Position numbers and translations under genes: made by a program. The notes beneath the pieces are model-generated. The model worked only from the letters and a program-made list of their open reading frames with translations, ran no database searches and had not been told where the DNA came from. Below are positions 58,944-64,000 of a stretch of DNA of 64,000 nucleotides, piece after piece (position 1 is the first letter of the stretch; every line of letters starts with the position of its first letter). The stretch comes from Eledone cirrhosa (taxonomy: Eukaryota), in NCBI GenBank assembly GCA_964016885.1, contig OZ024751.1:12896001-12960000 (forward strand). Reading direction: 5' to 3'.

Positions 58944-59503
58944 TAAATTTAGTCCTTCATCAGAGATCTTCCAACCTTCATTGGTATTTCATCAGTTTAA
59001 AGACCATATACCTCTGGTTGGTGCGAGTAACGGCTAAAGAAAGTTGTTGGGACACGTCAATAGGGGGAACGAGCGAGACAGTAAACACCAAAGATGGTAA
59101 TGCAACGAAAAGTGAAGAAGAAGGAGTCAAGTCCCTGAAATCGGTGAACATAAGTTCTGTGAAATCGTGGACGAGAGAGAATAAAGACCATCCGACCTGG
59201 TCGAAATGTGAGTGAGGAAAGAATTTCGCACCGGTCAAACGGGAGGAAGTAGGAGAGGGAGTGAAAGTGTGAGGAAGGGGCTAACAGAGAGAGTGACTGG
59301 CAGAGGTGGTAAAAGGAAGTGAGAGATACAGAGAAAAGGGGAAGCAGTAAGAAAGAAACAGACGGGTCACAGCGTAGGAAAATATATATGAAAAATATGA
59401 AAACATGGCGTGCTGCGTGGTTGCAAATGGGTTACATAATGAATAAATTTAGTCCTTCATCAGTGATCTTCCAACCTTCATTGGTATTTCATCGCTTTAA
59501 AGA
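58940..59503 (-). mobile_element. About 500-bp element bounded by 64-bp direct repeats containing CTGATGA (pLTR/retrozyme-like)
   Basis: tgaataaatttagtccttcatcag.gatcttccaaccttcattggtatttcatc at 58940 and 59440; homologous fragment at 62165-62258. Confidence 0.65.
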
Positions 59504-59959
59504 TATATATATATATCGCTTTAGAGATATATATATCGCTTTAAAAAAAAAAAATATATATATATGAAACACATAAACATATATATATATATGAAACACA
59601 CACACACATATATATAGATATTATGTGGAAGAATGAGTGTGTATATTTATATGCCTCTGACTGTGCGTGTGTGTGTATATATATGTGAGTATTACGTAAT
59701 TTTAATATTGCCCCAAAGCTGTTGACCTGGCGTTTCTTCATGTTTTAGTATCAATGTAAATGTTGACCTAAATATTTACTGCTTTTATATAAACCTACTT
59801 ACACGCTGTTTCTTTACAACACGTTCCTGCCCACTGCATACCTCTATATACATTAATGTATGTGTTGATTTTATACAAATATATATGTGTATGTATATAT
59901 ATGTATATGAATGTATACATGTGCATATATATATATATATATATATGCACATGTATACA

Positions 59960-60001
<42 letters not shown>

Positions 60002-60005
<4 letters not shown>

Positions 60006-60209
60006 AACAAGTAGGACCCCGACGGCTGAGCTCAAGCCGTTTCGACGGCTAATTCTGGATTAGAATTAGTAGTCCAGAATTAGCCGTCGAAACGGCTTGA
60101 GCTCAGCCGTCGGGGTCCTACTTGTTCCTATTACCCACTCTACTACCCTAACTATTGAGTACTTTAGTGCGTTATGGTCCACCTGGTTCCTTACCACATT
60201 TCCTTCGTT

Positions 60210-60210
<1 letters not shown>
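60002..60210 (+). mobile_element. Fold-back element, family D, with a near-perfect 129-bp hairpin
   Basis: Arms 60002-about 60062 / about 60070-60130, followed by the family tail. Confidence 0.8.
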
Positions 60211-60241
<31 letters not shown>

Positions 60242-60403
60242 TTCTATATATATATATATATTTCTATATATATATATTTATTAATGTGTGTGTATATCTG
60301 TGTGTGTATCTATATGTAATGTATATACATGTGTGTGTGTATATATATATATATGTATGTACATATGTGTGTGTGTATACGTATGTATATGTTTATGTGT
60401 ATG

Positions 60404-60443
<40 letters not shown>

Positions 60444-61101
60444 CGTGTGTATGTATATGTGTGTGTGTGTGTGAAAATATATGTGTGTGTGTATGTATGT
60501 ATTTATATGTGTGTGTATGTATGTATATGTGTGTATATGTATTTATATGTGTGTGTATGTATGTGTGTGTATGTATGTGTATGTATATACGTATATGCGT
60601 GTGTATATGCATGTATATACGTATTTATGTATGAATGTGTCTGTAGATAGATATCGATATATACTTACATATGTAAGTAAGAATACATCGATAATTGTTG
60701 ATCATGTATTTATCAATACATATCGATTTCTGTTGAGTGGGTGTAATAATAAATATCCGTTCACTTCAACATATGTAGGCAATTTATATCGATAATTACT
60801 GATAAATATCTTATTGGAATAGTTCCATTAATAAGGTACAGTATTGAACTATACAATGTCCGATTTATTTACTTTTAAGGCTCGTGTCCTTGTGGTTTGT
60901 TTGATAGCTTCCCGATCAAGGTCAAGGTCAAGGTCAAGGTATAACGTTCAAATTTCCTTTTATCTTGGCTCAATTTGCTGAACACTAACAGTAACTGAAG
61001 AAATAATCTGGCAATAGACTGCCTTATAAAACTGGGATCAACTCTGACCTGGTCTACCTCTCTACTCGAGAGAAGAAAAATAATATATATATATACACAC
61101 A

Positions 61102-61174
<73 letters not shown>

Positions 61175-61366
61175 TTTCTGTGGTGGTCATTGTTGTGGTA
61201 TAAGTATGGTCACTGCCGTCGGTCCTTTTTTTAATTGTGTGTTTACTCTGGACGATAATGTATTAACTTCTCGCTCCATTGAGTGCTTTGTGATTGCCCC
61301 AAACAACTCGAATAGTACCTGCTCTATAATAGCCACAACTTCGGTTCATACCTATAATAATATAAT

Positions 61367-61563
61367 TGTTTCTACGTTTGGCACAAGGCCAGCAATTACC
61401 CAGTGCATTACTGGTACTTTATTTTATCGACCCCGTAAGGAAGAAAGGCAAAGTCAACCTCGGCGGGATTTGAACTCAGATCGTAAAGGGACGTAACTAT
61501 GCTGGAAAGCATGGCGTCCGACCCTCTACCGATACTGCCAATCCACCGCCAATCCACCTATCC
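61367..61563 (-). mobile_element. SINE family 1 with a 17-bp TSD, at the end of an older repeat (homolog at about 16150-16360)
   Basis: acctataataatataat at 61350-61366 and 61564-61580. Confidence 0.9.
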
Positions 61564-62069
61564 ACCTATAATAATATAATGATAATGATATATATATTAA
61601 TACAGTCGAGATATACGCACACACATTTACAGAATATTTCCTTAGTACCCAAAAAACAATTTTGTTCTGTGGAGAAACACATCTACCACAACTGCTGCTG
61701 ATACTTTATGACTACTTCTCTCTCTATACGCAAGAGTTCATTCTCCAGTCACCTTTTCAGCAAGGAAGATGAAAAAAACTTACCTCTTAATTTTAAATCT
61801 TTAATTTTTAGTTTTTAATTCTTATTAATTCTTTTGATAAGATGAATTTTACTAATACATCGAAACCGATTATACTTTGTATACTTTATAAAACTCCTTA
61901 AAAAGAATTGTCCCTCTCATTTTTTCAATAATGTCATATTTTCAATAATGTCATATTTTCAATAATGTCACTTTGACGAATCAAAGAAAAGAAAAAAAAG
62001 AAAAACAGACCCTAAAATATATTTTCCGTGCTATTTCCAACCTCTCTCTCTCTCTCGCTCTCGCTCTCG

Positions 62070-62166
<97 letters not shown>

Positions 62167-62277
62167 AATGATGGTTGGAAAATCACTGACAAAGGATTAC
62201 TTTTATCATATGTAACCTATGTGCAACCACGCAGTATCCTTCTTTCTTCTCATGTTTTATATATATATATATATATT

Positions 62278-62511
62278 TAAGAGTTAAACAAGATTCAATG
62301 AATACATCAAAGAATAAGTTTTACAATAGATTGGAAGCACTCCACAGTAAAATGTTTTTCCAGAGTTATTAATATTAATTCAAAATATTAACAAAATAGA
62401 TATTTTTGTGATCAATTATATTTTATTATACATATTTCAGAGGTACAGAATTAAGTTCAACAGTACGTACTGTTGAACTTAATTCAATATCTATTTTGTT
62501 AATATTTTGAA

Positions 62512-62520
<9 letters not shown>
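62278..62520 (-). mobile_element. Family H element folded back within stem II
   Basis: Homologous to 45172-45360; palindrome gaattaagttcaacagtac|gtactgttgaacttaattc (62448-62485). Confidence 0.75.
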
Positions 62521-62568
<48 letters not shown>

Positions 62569-63681
62569 TAACAAAGAGAGGACAAGAACGAAAAACAAGA
62601 CCGTTTTTGCTCCAACCAGTCTATTCACCTTCGATAAATACCCTAAAAATACATACACATATATACACTATATACTTATATATACTATACACTATACACA
62701 TATATACATATATACACTATATACATCTATACACATATATACACTATATACATATATAGAACAAACACAAGCAATTATGTTTAAACAAAGCCAACTATTA
62801 ACAAAGCATCGGATAAGACCATCGAATTCCAAACTTGTAAAAAATACATAGCAACCATAGTAAATGTCTATATTAGAGCTAAGACCCCCCCCCAAAAAAA
62901 AAATCCTTCATTCAGACATCATCCATATATCCCAACCCTTAATCCAACTTATATACATATATGCATATCTGTATGTGATTGACGGCTGATAGAGAAGAGT
63001 ACTCAATACCGAAGTAGAGTTTTAGTATTTATTTTATTAAAGCTAAATGGTGATTCTTGTTATTCTGGAGTTTCGCTTGTTTATCATAGTTCTTGACTGA
63101 TGACCTTGTGATAAACAGGCTAAACTCTAACCGGATTGGTCTGTCCCAGTCATTCATTGAGCAACATCGGTAAGGTTGACACCATTAACTCACGGTTGGA
63201 TGTGGATGCATTCATGTATATGTGTGTGTCCGCATGTATCTGTGTGTTTCTAAATATATTGTTCATAACTCCCTCTGGTCGAGTAATCTTTGAAGTGTGG
63301 TGACTGCTGGAAAGCTGCCATTACTGATACTTCTCGCCTCCTTTACCACCTCTTCTACGGCTTCGATATAAATACCCCCTCCGCCTCCGTGGTATTTTCT
63401 TCGGGGTTATAAGAGGCTTAGCTCTGTTTCTCGACCGTTATATCGCGTGACTATCTCCCCCTCCGCCTTTTGGGATTCTTTCTCACGTCGTGTAGACGCG
63501 TTCTTGAAGCTAGTAAAATGAGGTATCCTCTTGATAAGTCGGCAGACCTCGCAAGGGCTCTATATCTTTATGATGTACTGTTTTTGTTTATGCCACGAAA
63601 CTACGTAGTCGAGGAATCTAGGAGCAGTTTAGGTATGATACATTTTATTACTAATTATATCTAAATGTTCCTTCTCTCTTC

Positions 63682-63732
<51 letters not shown>

Positions 63733-64000
63733 CTGACATCCCAGAAGTAACAGCGAAATTTCCAACAAGCTATAGACGACAGTCTTACAAAATAGTATGA
63801 CATTGGACACATTTTATAATGATTTTGAAGAATAACGCCTTTTAAAAACACCTTTTAACTTTCTAATTTTTAATAGTTTAAAAACATGTTACCCTGAAGT
63901 ATAAGTAGCATATACTAAACTAGTCAATCCCTAGAGGGGCATTAAAGGCTGTAGTAGAAAAAGGGGCATTATACGTTTAGAGACGGCGTTTCCTTACTTT

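Noticed and set aside
60919-60940. (AGGTCA)3 DR0 array as a COUP-TF element
   Set aside because: A simple hexamer repeat 55 kb from the gene with no supporting evidence.

Overview
AT-rich, microsatellite-saturated animal DNA; the repeat landscape suggests an octopod cephalopod (inference). The only convincing host gene feature is the first coding exon of a COUP-TF/seven-up (NR2F) nuclear receptor on the minus strand (5900-5501); the ligand-binding-domain exons are not visible in the window. Nearly all other listed ORFs are translations of (TA)n, (CA)n, (CT)n or minisatellite DNA. The intergenic space holds tRNA-derived SINEs (several with target-site duplications), two RTE-clade LINE 3' remnants, hAT and Tc1/mariner MITEs and long minisatellites. 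The most striking signal is more than 20 short non-coding elements, from at least 7 sequence families, that carry minimal type-I hammerhead ribozyme motifs (CUGANGA-stem II-GAAA-short or palindromic stem III-NUH-stem I). Most are embedded in (TA)n tracts. Many are folded back on themselves as copy-specific inverted repeats whose turning points fall in or next to the ribozyme helices. They look like Penelope-like (pLTR)/retrozyme-type non-autonomous retroelements with a fold-back integration signature. All structures were derived by eye and no folding or database search was run.
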